Part shown: positions 25,967 to 37,324 of the stretch, piece by piece
Position numbering within the stretch: the first letter of the stretch is position 1
Layout: each line of letters opens with the position of its first letter
NCBI GenBank assembly: GCA_038496445.1
Contig: JALMLS010000194.1
Coordinates: 149,813 to 213,812, forward strand
Direction of reading: 5' to 3'
Source of the DNA: Trichosphaerium sp. ATCC 40318
Lineage: Eukaryota; Protista; Tubulinea
Length of the DNA: 64,000 nt
The notes under the pieces: generated by a model
Databases searched by the model: none
Told to the model about the DNA's origin: nothing
The model's input: the letters and a program-made list of their open reading frames with translations, nothing else
Translations under genes and position numbers: made by a program

Positions 25967-28612
25967 CTACCAGTACGTTGTGTATGGATAACAGTTTGAA
26001 AAAAGTAGTGTGAGTATAACGCCGCTAATTAAAACAAGAATAGACTGAAACGAAAACATGAATTGAGGTAATGCATTGTAAGTCATTGGCGTCAAGATTG
26101 TTGATCCAGGATCCTAAAAAAAGCCCAAAAATAAGAAAAAAAAAGATGTTTCGAACTAAGAAAAAAACACGTGCCTTTGACCACCCCAAAGTACGTTTTT
26201 GTGCATCCAACCAGTTAGCATGCTCCCGTGAGCGTTGTTCTTTTGACATTTTAGGGTTAAACCGCTTACTAGTACCAGCAGAAGCATGTGCCTCTTCAAC
26301 AGTCCATAACCCCTCTCCAACACCAGCTAGCAATGCTGTACCCACACTTAAACATGCGTCAGGATAAAATACTTAACAAGTATATCTTTACCTTGTCATT
26401 TGATGGTTCTGTGCTCTGAGTACAGGCATACCCGTCAAATCAGCCAGCTTTTGGCATAAAAAATCGTTTTGTGAAGCACCACCATCCACACGCAAGTTTG
26501 ATATAGGTAGGCTTGTGTCGGTTCGTATCACGTTTATAATTTGATTAATACTAGTACCACATTATTAAGTATAAAAATCAATACAAAAATGGTACTTACT
26601 TGTGCGCTACACCTTCTAGAAGAGCTCGGACCATATGCGCTTTAGTGGACGATGCTGTCAATCCTATGAACATACCACGTGCTCGAGGATCGAATAAAGG
26701 TACAGAACAACCAGCGAATGCATTTACAAAGCATACACCGTTAGAAGAGTCCACAGAATTCGCAAGGGCTGAAGTCTTTCATGAAAAAAAAATCAAGTTA
26801 GCTAACTCAAATGACCATGTTGATGGTTTGTTGTTTCTTTTACCTGTGCGATATCTTTTATCCCCAGTAGGTCTACTAACCATTGTATACATTCTCCAGC
26901 TGAGTTTGTGTTTCCTTCTAGAGTGAAAGTGTTCTTGCCATTAAGATGCCATGCAACGAGAGGATAAAGACTAAAAAATGGCAATGTTAGCGTAATTTTG
27001 TTCAAGCAAGAAAACTCATGACTCAAAGACCTGTGACATTGCTACATACCCATATTTAGAAGCCAAGCAACTATTACCTGTACATAAACTTACAAAAGCA
27101 CCAGTACCGATAGTACACTAGGCAAAAAGTCAGTAAGGAAGCTTAGAAAGCTTGTGAGAATTGTTTTAAATGGAATACCTTTAATGAGCCTTTATAATGA
27201 CACCCTTGACCGAACAACGATGCTTGTTGATCTGCTGCAACCGCTTATTTGATATAAGTACATAAAAGTGATATTAAGGTGTAACGTACCACGTATGGGA
27301 ATATTAGCGCCAAAAAATTCCTCGTGACATATTCCTTAAAAAAATTAGTGAATAAAACAAGGTCTGTACAACGTGTCAAGGTCACATACCATAGTCACCT
27401 GCAGATGGCTGTACTTTTGGATATATACTTAAAGGAGGTAATGGACATAACATACGGACAATACCACTCCATTCCATCTAAACACAGGTCAGGGAGATTA
27501 GCACAATTAATTAGCATATTGATTACAACAATTTTTTTCAAATCAAAAATATCTCATACCAAAAACGTGTCCCACATGCCTGTAGCTGAGACACAAGAAT
27601 AATCTGTAGCAAAAATTTTCCCTGGTTACGAAAAAAGAATCAGTAAGGTAAAGAGAGAGGTTCTTTCAATGAAAACTTAAAGAGGTTTGAGTGAGACGCA
27701 CGTTTTGTAAAATTCCACACTAGCCAAGTGTCCAAGGTCCCATATTTTAATGTACCCCTAGAAGCACAAGCACGCACTTTCTCATTTTTTCTACAAGAGG
27801 TAGTTAGCTCTCTACGCTGCAGACAATCAAAAATATTCAAAAAAAAAACGTTAACGGGAACTAAAAATACCTCCAAATAGCGCTCATCTTTACGCTCACG
27901 TGATGCGTTGTAGGCTCAAATTTAGACGCCAAGAGCATGCGCTGGCCCCCGAAGATGTTATAAATGAAGCCACTACCTGCTCTTATACCTTTTAGAAGCC
28001 AAGACGCATTAACTTCTTCGAGAGCTTCAGTGAAGCCTGAGTCTTGCCATGAAATCAAGTTTGTTAAAGGAGACCCTGTTTCGCTATCCCAAAACAAAAA
28101 ATTGTTTCTTTGCACTATAGACAAGGTGTTGGTTCAAAAAGTCGAATACTCGAGTTGTTTTTTGTGTACTGGCGTGTTTTAAAAAAATGCATTTGTTTTA
28201 CGTACCAGCGATACCCATTGCGTTAATTTCTTTACCACCAAGCCCAGCAGCAGCCAGTGTACGTTTTACAACCGAAATGACGGCATTTAGTACCTGCATG
28301 TCAGTGTTAGGGTAATTTCGCAATTTTTGGGAATGGCTCTTTTATTTCAGTACCTCTAATGGGTCTTGCTCTATATGACCACTTTCAGTGCTGTATTTAG
28401 GAATAGCTTCGCTGTTAGTTTGTAACAGACCTAGTTGTCCCTTTTTTTCCCAAATATGGGCCTTTTATTGGTGTCAGCGCGTGTATAAGGTAGCACAAGA
28501 GGTTATTGTTCTCTTCACACAAAAAAAAACGTGAAGTGAGAACGTAAAGCAGGCCAACTTGGCTCACCTTTACATTGGATGTACCACAATCAATAACCAA
28601 CACGCGTGGCAT
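25967..28612 (-). CDS. GK5: FGGY carbohydrate kinase, glycerol kinase 5-like
   Basis: IDCGTSNVK, ISWQD, GTLDTWLVW, TDYSCVSATG, DQQAS, GTGAF, LEGVA, VDGGAS; the WLLKGIRAGSGF insertion is GK5-like. Confidence 0.85.
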
Positions 28613-28763
28613 CTTCTACACAAGTGCGCTCCAAAAAATTGTTTGTAACGTTGTTATTCTGACCTTGTTAACCCACCAATCGCTTATTGCATGCAGCGTT
28701 GCTACAGTCCTAAATCCTCCGGCTCAGACTAAGTGGCTTAAGAAAACACACTTTTGTAGAAAA

Positions 28764-29717
28764 ATGCGAGCTTTGTACGTTAAACATCTTGATTACCACA
28801 AGGCGTATAGTACTATTCAGACACTACAACAAAAAAGGCACCGTGGTGAGGTACGTGCGTTCACTTTTGGTGTCACGACAAAACAATTACTCCATTCACG
28901 CTAAAAGATACCCAAAGGTAGGTAACTACCTAATATTGGGCGAACACACACCTGTCTACACGACTGGGCAAAGGCGTAGTACAAAGCACGTGAAAATCGA
29001 CGCAGAGTCGTTTGAAGCAAAGGTTGGCGCTCCTTTAGTGTTCACAGACAGAGGTTTGCGGACATCTTGCACAGAAAGCGAAAATAGCTCAAATCGAAAT
29101 TAGGTGGTGATGTGACATACCACGGACCAGGTATATTGATGGCATATCCAATAGTAGACCTACGAAGCATCAAAGCTAAAGTGCGCACATTCGTTGACAA
29201 GTTAGAGGATATAATGATAGACGCTGCCAAGAGCAAAGGAGTAGACGCCATTGGAAGGTAAATGAGCAGTCACACGTATGACATCCAAGGCTAAACAATC
29301 TGCAGGCAATGTGGCATGCGTGGGATCTGGGCAGGAGACAAAAAACTAGGCGCTGTAGGTATCAGCGTAAAACATGGGGTGCGTAGATTATACCGACTAC
29401 GTGCTCACCTTTACTCGTGAGGTAGTAGGACATGGTTTCGCACTAAATTGTTGTCCTGACCTGCAAGCGTTCGAGCATATCGTGGCTTGTGGATTGATAG
29501 GCAAAGTATGCGTCTAGTTGTCAAAACAACCAAAAAAATTAACAGATTTCAGGAAGTAACATCACTAGAAAAAGAATCTGGTGCGCCAGTAGGCGTATAT
29601 GACATGGCGTGCTATGTACGTCGTAGATTTGAAGCAGAATTTGGCGTTCCAGTTGAGGATGCGGAAATTAGCGATGAGAACCTGAAAACGCTCGGAGACG
29701 TTCAAAACTTGGCGTAA
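28764..29717 (+). CDS. LIPT2: Octanoyltransferase LipB / LIPT2
   Basis: [48 protein letters not shown]. Confidence 0.93.
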
Positions 29718-29792
29718 CGTACAAGTTGAAGTGAACTTAGGTATGAATGGGTTTTTTTTTTTGCTACAGCGGCTTGTATGTACATAATTGTA

Positions 29793-30029
29793 TTAATTGT
29801 ATGTGTGCGGATACATTGCTCGGTCCCTCTTAACCAGATTCCTTTGTACAATCTTTTTACGCGATATTTTCTCTTCCCTGAAGTATACGTGCTGACGAAT
29901 GACTGGGTCGTATTTGCGAAGTTCGAGCTTGTTTTGAGTCTTTTTTGGGTTCTTCTCTGTACGGTAAAAGTAGCCAGTGCCTGCAGTGCTCACCAGCTTT
30001 ATCAAAATACGTCTGGTGCGGCCTGCCAT
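29793..30029 (-). CDS. MRPL33: Mitochondrial ribosomal protein bL33 (intronless)
   Basis: [18 protein letters not shown]...[21 protein letters not shown]. Confidence 0.93.
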   Translation of the reverse strand: MAGRTRRILIKLVSTAGTGYFYRTEKNPKKTQNKLELRKYDPVIRQHVYFREEKISRKKIVQRNLVKRDRAMYPHTYN

Positions 30030-30076
30030 TTGAAGTTACAGCCAGTAAATTATAAGCGCTTGACTCAAAAAAGTCC

Positions 30077-31278
30077 ATGGCGGTCTCCATAGTTTACACA
30101 ACGCTGAGGTGGCCGTCAATCATGATAATAATTTCTGACCTTCATTTTGGCACGTTTGCAGTTGACGCCCAAGAACAAGTACTTAAGGCCGCTATAAAGG
30201 ATGGTCTGGTTGTCATATCAGGAGACTTGACGTACAGCGTATCTTATTCAAAGCCTCAACCGATTGTAGGTACAAATCAAAAACAAACTCATTTCTGGAA
30301 GCTCAGGCGTTCATTAAAAAGCTCAAAGACAATGGAGTTTGCATTGTACGCAATTTGCCTGAAATACATTTTTCTGTTAACAGAGCATTGTAATTTAGGT
30401 ATTGACAACTGGTAACCACGATTTCGGTGGCTCTGTCGCGGAGGCTGCTTCAAGAGTTGTAGGCTTGCGGTCTATACACACAGGCAAGTGTAAATCGCTT
30501 TACGAGTAATAGTGAAGACTAAAACATACGAAAAGGTTACTCAACCGCACGTGCTAACCTATTACAACTTTTTCAAAACAATATTTTTTGTCAAGAAGAG
30601 GTTTTAGCTTTCAACAAAGAAGAGCTTGATACCATAGTAATCGCTAGATCGTGTGTTTTCGTTGCATTAAGGTAAGTAATTTTGGAGGTGTTTTGAAGTG
30701 TAACAAGGGTGCCTTTGTTCTAGGAGCCAACACCGTAAGATGCCAAGGATAAAATCTAATCAAATTGATTGGGCTGTCAAAGAACTTAACAAGCTGGAAG
30801 ATATTAGCGAGTATACACTTCACTTTGTTACACATCACTCGCTGTGGCAAGATGCTAGTACGCATTAGAAGTATACACAGCGTGCTTACTGATTAACGTT
30901 AAAGGTGATAAACACAAGCCTCTAGGCAATCAAAAGGAGCTCGAAAATAAGTTGTTGGTACCATTTGGTTTTGCAAGCTACATCCACGGTCACAATCACA
31001 GATTCACGCTTCAGGTGCACCCTCCACGCTTGATCACATATACCCTGACTCACTTTTTAACGAAGGATACACATACGCCTAACATGAACACGAGAATCAT
31101 GCGTGTAGGCGTGCCTACAGTTAGTGAAAGAAGCAGAAGTTTCGTTCCAGGATATTTACGGTGGAAAGGCACCAGGCCAAAGTTTGTTGCTATAGAGATA
31201 TCACCAGAATCAGGAGATGAGATGGAGGATGATAAAGCAGTTGATACGGACAAAGAGATTTTAGACGTCAGCAGTTAA
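30077..31278 (+). CDS. Calcineurin-like metallophosphoesterase
   Basis: IISDLHFG, VISGDLT, GNHD, HH, IHGHNH motifs. Confidence 0.85.
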
Positions 31279-31603
31279 AAGAAGGGAATAGATTATCCTT
31301 CTTAGTATGCTCAACCAACACAACAGCAATCTTGAGGTTATCTCAGAAATCTTGTATTGGATAGTTTGTAGGCGTTAAGTGAGTTGCTACATTGCGATAT
31401 TGTGACCAATAATAAAACAAGGCCTAGTTTTGGTAATGGTGATTTAATAAGTCTAACTAAAAAGGCTCCTCACGTGCTTATCAATCAGCTTTTGCATTTA
31501 TTACACGTTATTCATCGTTTCCAACAGTTTGGTACGCTACAATTACAATTGTAGCTGAAGTTGCTTTTTGATTTTTAACGAATGCAAGGACTGGAATTGT
31601 AGA

Positions 31604-34056
31604 ATGATTCTACGCGTTAGCCGTTCATATCGGCGTAGATGCGCATTAGTTAGAAATAAGCGAACGCTTTCAGTTGGAAATGGTAAAAATTCCTCCGCCT
31701 TAATTTACACTCCGTACAACCAACGCAGCTACTCCACTATGATAAAGGCACTTCAAGAAAAGGATTATGTAGACATGCTTAGCGACTACGCGAAAACTTT
31801 AAAGCAGAGTCCTATACGCTCGCTGTTTCCTCTATTAAAGATCCCTGGAATGGTATTACACTTTTTTTAAAACAGAATGTGTTGTCAGGCGCATTTTCTA
31901 TTTTTTTCGCTACAACGCTATTTTACGCTGTTTTATGTATCTAAGACATTCTCGATTACATTCTAACAATCATTTTACAGATTTCTCTTGGCGCCGGTAT
32001 TCCAAGCCCAGAAGCATTCCCTATCGCTGGTATAAGCGTGAAACTTACTGGAGGTATGTCAGCCGTTGTTTCCCCGCATTTTTATTCATAATCGTGTTAG
32101 GCGAGTCAGTTGATGTCCCAGAGGATATATTAAAGTCAGGCATGACTTACACATCATCCGTACGCCTATTCATCAACTTATAGCTGAAAAAAGTAACAAA
32201 GCTTAGAAAGGTCTCCCAAAGCTCGTAGAATGGATTATACAACATCAAATCGACGTACACTACCATAGACCAGCAGAAGATTGGGATGTATGCCTTACAA
32301 ACGGTTTGTTTAGAATCCAGAAAAAAATCCACAAACTAATGCTGTCAACCTACAGGAAGCCAAGATGGTATTTCAAAAATTTTTCAAATGTTATGTAATG
32401 AAGATGATATTGTACTATGCGATAATCCAATCTATGCGTACGTGGATAACGAGAAGCGATTACATTCGCATGATTAAGTTTCCACCTATTTTTTTTATTA
32501 TTATTTTGCGATTAAGGTTTTTTTAACAATCTCTTAGAGGTGCACGTGCAGCTATGGGTATAATCAAGTGCCATGGTGTTGAAACAGATCAACATGGTCT
32601 AGTCCCAGAGGCCCTACAAAAAACACTAGAAGAGTGGCCAGACAAGGCAACCAAACCAAGAGTGCGTTTTCTTTTCTTGCTTCCAACTTTTTTTTTATCT
32701 TTTCTGTTCTCTATCGAACAACGCTTGACTAATCAATCTTATCTTAACGTTAATGGATTCTTTTAGGTTTTGTATACAGTTCCAACCGGTCAGAACCCTT
32801 CAGGAAGCACTTTGAGCCATGATAGGCGTAAACAGATTTTAAAAATTGCCTCAGATCACAACCTTATAATCCTTGAAGATGATCCGTACTGGTACGCAAG
32901 CAGCTTCATTTTCAAAACATAAGAATGAATTTAAAAGATTGTTTTTTTCTTCAAGTGTCACGTGTCATGAGTTATTAATACTTTGTTTGTATAGGTATCT
33001 TTGCCTTGGCGAGAACCCTGAGCCTATTGAGAGTCTAGCTTCAATGGACAAAGAAGGACGTGTATTGCGTTGTGATTCGTTCAGTAAAATTATCTCTCCT
33101 GGTCTTCGTCTCGGTTGGGTAACAGGCCCAAAACCCTTAGTAGCACGTATTCAATTATTGAATCAACGTACTGTTATACATGCATCAGGTAATATATTGC
33201 GATTATTTCAAAGAAAACAACACGTGCTTGCGAACTCAGCAGAGGTCAACAAACTGTTTTTTTTTTTTTGTTTTGCACTTGTTTCCCTTTTTGCTTTGTT
33301 GCTTGTTTGGTTTGTTGATGTTTTTTTTCTTTTGTTAAGGTATTAGCCAAGCTATCGTATTGTCTATATTACAGAGTTGGGGAAAAGAAGGATTTGCAAA
33401 ACACGTGAAAGAGTTACAGGCGTTGTATACAAAAAAACGCGATGCTATACTGTCGTTTTGTACCAAGTATTTGACTGGTCTAGCAACATGGCACACCCCT
33501 AGAGCTGGTATGTTTGTTTGGATTAAACTGACAGGTATCGATGATTCCGAAGATCTAATCCGTAACCACGCAGTTAAGGCTAAGGTACGCACATGACTTG
33601 ATTTTGATTCAAACATTACTTTACCTCACACGTTTTTTTTTTTCAGGTTATATTTTTATGGGGTGCTTCTTGTTCTCCTTCTGGCGAAAAATCGCCATAT
33701 GTTCGTGCAGCGTTTTCCTTGGCATCTATTGAGGTGCGATATTGTCCATTTTCTCATTTTTTTCTCTGATTTCAAAAAAAAAAATTGGAGCGACCGAGCC
33801 TTTTTTTTGTTGTGCTCAGTCGACTGAGCGTTAGCCTTTTAAGTACATGGTTAAGCGTGCAGTCTTTTTCTGTCGCTAATTCGTTATTTTACTCATCGGT
33901 AGAGCTGTTTCCTTGTTTTTCTTGGTCTACAAGAAAATTATCATAAAATTATCACAAAATTTTTTCGAGTTTTTTGGATTAGTATTAATTGTGATTTAAT
34001 AGCAAATGGAAGAAGGTATCAAGAGGCTTGCAAGTGTATTAAAAGATAGAAAGTAG
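31604..34056 (+). CDS. AADAT: Kynurenine/2-aminoadipate aminotransferase (PLP class I)
   Basis: SPIRSL, GSQDG, PTGQNPSG, EDDPY, DSFSKIISPGLRLGW, AGMFVW, YVRAAFS, MEEGIKRLA. Confidence 0.92.
33792..33927 (+). repeat. Intronic structured repeat element, copy A (last AADAT intron)
   Basis: About 95% identical to the reverse complement of 35065-35202; terminal GACCGAG/CTTGGTC inverted repeat; internal palindrome GCTCAGTCGACTGAGC. Confidence 0.9.
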
Positions 34057-34686
34057 ATAATAACAAAATAAATAATTTCATTTGAAAAAAACGTGTTTTT
34101 TTATTTGCATTCAAAAAGTTGAATACTGTTAAACTAAACAAGTCACGCCCCTATTTAAAGGTCACGTAATGTTCAGAATAATCACGGAATAAAGAGTTAT
34201 CTATGTCAGCCTTTGCTACACTTCATTTTCTTCAACTGAGAATCCTTAAAACGTTCGAGTCTTAGAAAAAGTCAGGCTGTGTTTTTCAAGATAGACAATA
34301 ACGCAGGAGTCAAATCCATCGCTAAAACGTCATTGCGGTCTTGATTTAAGGTATTGTAGCACAAACCTCAGAGAATTGGGATGTGATACCAGTTAGGCAT
34401 ACGGGTGGATTCAGTGCAAGACCCACGGGGTCAGCGACTAGAAGAAAAATAAATAAATAAAAAATTAGCACTTAGTTTGCGCTACCGAGTGTTTTTCAAA
34501 GTGATAACTGACTCATCGATAGTCTGTATGTAGCCAACAAGCATATAAATCGCATGTAAATTATCACTAGCTCTACAAGTATAAGGCGTAAGAAGAAAAG
34601 GAGTTAATAAAACATACTTGCTCTATTGATTGCCTTGATTTGTAGTTTTTCTACTATCGGGTTCTTGTGCAATAGGGATGAATACT

Positions 34687-36909
34687 TCATGTCGGTGTAA
34701 GTGTAGTAAACAATTGGTTGAGACATTTATGCAACCACCTTAGAAATAAAGTGAACAACCACCAAACTGTGAATTTTCCTGTTGAAAATTCCTTTCTCTC
34801 TTACCTTTGCAGAGCTCTTTTTTTCTTGTCATTAAAATTTTCCATTCTCCATTCGAAATGCGGATACAGCAGTTCAACGCACTGAGGAAAAGGTACTAGA
34901 GCAACACGTGATGTTGTAGTAAGAGCGCTTCCATTGTTATCAACAATCTGGCTCTCTGCAACACGATACCAGTCTGTAACATGACAGATCTTCAGTTTCT
35001 TTTCTAGTGCTAAGAATGTATTTAGAATTTTTTCCACAAAGTAGGGTTTTTAGCTTTGTTTGGCGACCAAGAAAAAACAAGGAAAAAAGCTCTACCGATG
35101 AGTAAAATAACGAATAAGTGACAGAAAAAGACTGCACGCTTAACCATGTGCTTAAAAGGCTAACGCTCAGTCGACTGAGCGCAACAAAAAAAAGGCTCGG
35201 TCTACGAAAGTTTTTTGAAAATATGAAAGAAAACCCGCTCAATTGGCGTACATTTCAGATATGTCACAATGTTTTTTGGATTATGCCAGTATCGAGTTGG
35301 TGCTGCACTAATAAAAAAGAAGACTTAAGAATAAAAAACCTAAAATGTGTTCATAGAGTCATCTCGTACAGGAACCGCCATTCTTGCCATCTATACTCTG
35401 GGAATATATTCTTTAGCATACGAGTTAAAGATTGGCCAAACCTTTATAACTAGTCAGTACAACTAAAGAACAAGAACAAGATTTCTTGTTTACCTAGCAG
35501 CCAAACCACCACCATGAGCTGTTTGTACATTTGTCACGGTTACTTTATACCAATCGTCCATAACCTTAACTTTAAGCTTGCGTGCAATAGTGTTCATATG
35601 GCTTTGTCGATTATACAATTCACTCCAATGTCCTTTCCGCACGTGGCTGTAGAAATAAGAAAAAGAAAAAAAATCTTCACGTGAAAAAAAAAAAAAGAAA
35701 AAGAAGGCTTACGCAAACTTTGTTACATCCCAATTATGTGATGGGTATAACGCTTGTAAAGTTGTTCCAAGATGACTATTATGTCTAAATATTATATGAA
35801 TAAAAACACATTGTGGTGGATGTCAATGAATCATTTTTTTGCTGCACTTTTTGAAACTTTGAAAAATTGGGCTTACTTTGAGATGACGTGCTTGCTCCCG
35901 TATTTCAGTATATCCTCATTTATACACTTGTACCAATCATCAAGTACTTTAATAACAAGCTTAGCTCCAATATGATCCATAAACGTGCGTTGCATAGGCA
36001 AAGACCAAAAGTGTCTCGGCATTGGTCTAGTAAATGTCAGCTTCATTTTACACTCAAAATGTATAAAAAAAACCAAACAAAACAAATCAATGAAGCGAAC
36101 CTAAAGTCCCATAACAGCCACTCTATTTCTGGATACACGGCGTACAATGCTTTTCTCAAGGAGTACCCATATCTACGAGAAGAGTTAACCGCCCTCAAGC
36201 GAGAAAAGGTAATAACCAATGTCGGCAACAATAAAAATGATGAAACAACTTTAAATCTTACCTGCTGAGCAAACCACTGCCTCCACTTCCAACAACTGAA
36301 ATTGTGGGCGTGTCATACCAATCACTTGTTATATGCACGCGCATACGCGGTGCTAGTACGTCTTTTACCTCCTGTTAGCGTTTGTTTAGGTAAAATGTTG
36401 TTTGTACCGTCAAAAAAGCTGCGTTGGTGTTCCAGGCTATTCCAATAGCCCGATGATGCCTGTCCTGGCTTATATATTGTCCTTACGCCTAATGTATCAT
36501 TTTTTCGATGTCCTTTGGCTACAATATACAGTTTACGTGATCCAACGTGCGTTATCATGTCTAAAAGGTACAAATTGTAGTCAACATTGTTATTTTGTTT
36601 CTAAATAAGAGGTACATACGCACCTGGTACGTGGGAGTAGCCACCTCGTGTCTGATGCGTACGGCAACGTTTAGAGAGTGTGCGACATCTAAATTAAACC
36701 GCCAAAACACCACAACTGTTACAAGTGTTGATTCTTCACCTTAGTAGATATTTGACGATTTTGTTGGCATTTAACGCTTGAATGGATAAAAAGAGACAAA
36801 CGTATCACGCCAACGATAGTTTATATAGCTAGTACGCTACTAGTAGTACTCCCGACACTGATAGGTGAGAATAGAAGCCAAAAAGCGTTTTGGGTTGTTT
36901 ACACAACAT
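34687..36909 (-). CDS. Uncharacterised helical-repeat protein (yW..l..qR.f.d...kl.....DDWY repeats); start uncertain
   Basis: Repeats GYWNSLEHQRSFFD, HFWSLPMQRTFMDHIGAKLVIKVLDDWY, GHWSELYNRQSHMNTIARKLKVKVMDDWY, LEKKLKICHVTDWY. Confidence 0.7.
35065..35202 (-). repeat. Intronic structured repeat element, copy B (intron of helical-repeat gene)
   Basis: Inverted near-identical copy of 33792-33927. Confidence 0.9.
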
Positions 36910-36952
36910 TTACAGAACAGTACAAATAATTTCGTTTCAAATTATAACGCAA

Positions 36953-37026
36953 GCTTCCGTAGCTCAGTTGGTTAGAGCGCACGACTGTTAATCGTGAGGT
37001 CGTAGGTTCGACCCCTACCGGGAGCG
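36953..37026 (+). tRNA. tRNA-Asn (GTT)
   Basis: Acceptor GCTTCCG/CGGGAGC, D-arm TAGCTCAGTTGGTTAGAGC, anticodon arm CACGA-CTGTTAA-TCGTG, T-loop GGTTCGACCC, downstream T-run. Confidence 0.97.
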
Positions 37027-37324
37027 TTGATTCTTTTTTACTTTAGTATTTCTGCAGGTCTTGTACTTGTTTGAACGCGCAAACCAGTTTGCCATCTTCT
37101 AATTCCATGTTTTTACAATGAAAACTCACAATTTTCGTTTTACAATCCAGCACTTTGCACTTGTGTAAACGGTTTTTCCTCTCCACAACAATAAAGGAAA
37201 CTACGTATTTGAGATGCTTAAGATTGGACCAACGGGTTATCTTTCAATTTGTCCGAGCGACTTTGTGTAATTGTCCGAGTACATCCGTGAACCATTTCAC
37301 TTTTTAACTGGAATATCATATAAC

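Noticed and set aside
35090-35125. CCGATGAG..CGAA resembles a hammerhead core, and ATGAGTAAAATAACGA resembles U12 snRNA
   Set aside because: Core bases deviate (CCGA, GAAT) with no proper stem I; it lacks the U12 branch-pairing GTAAGGA and an Sm site; it is also antisense to the host introns
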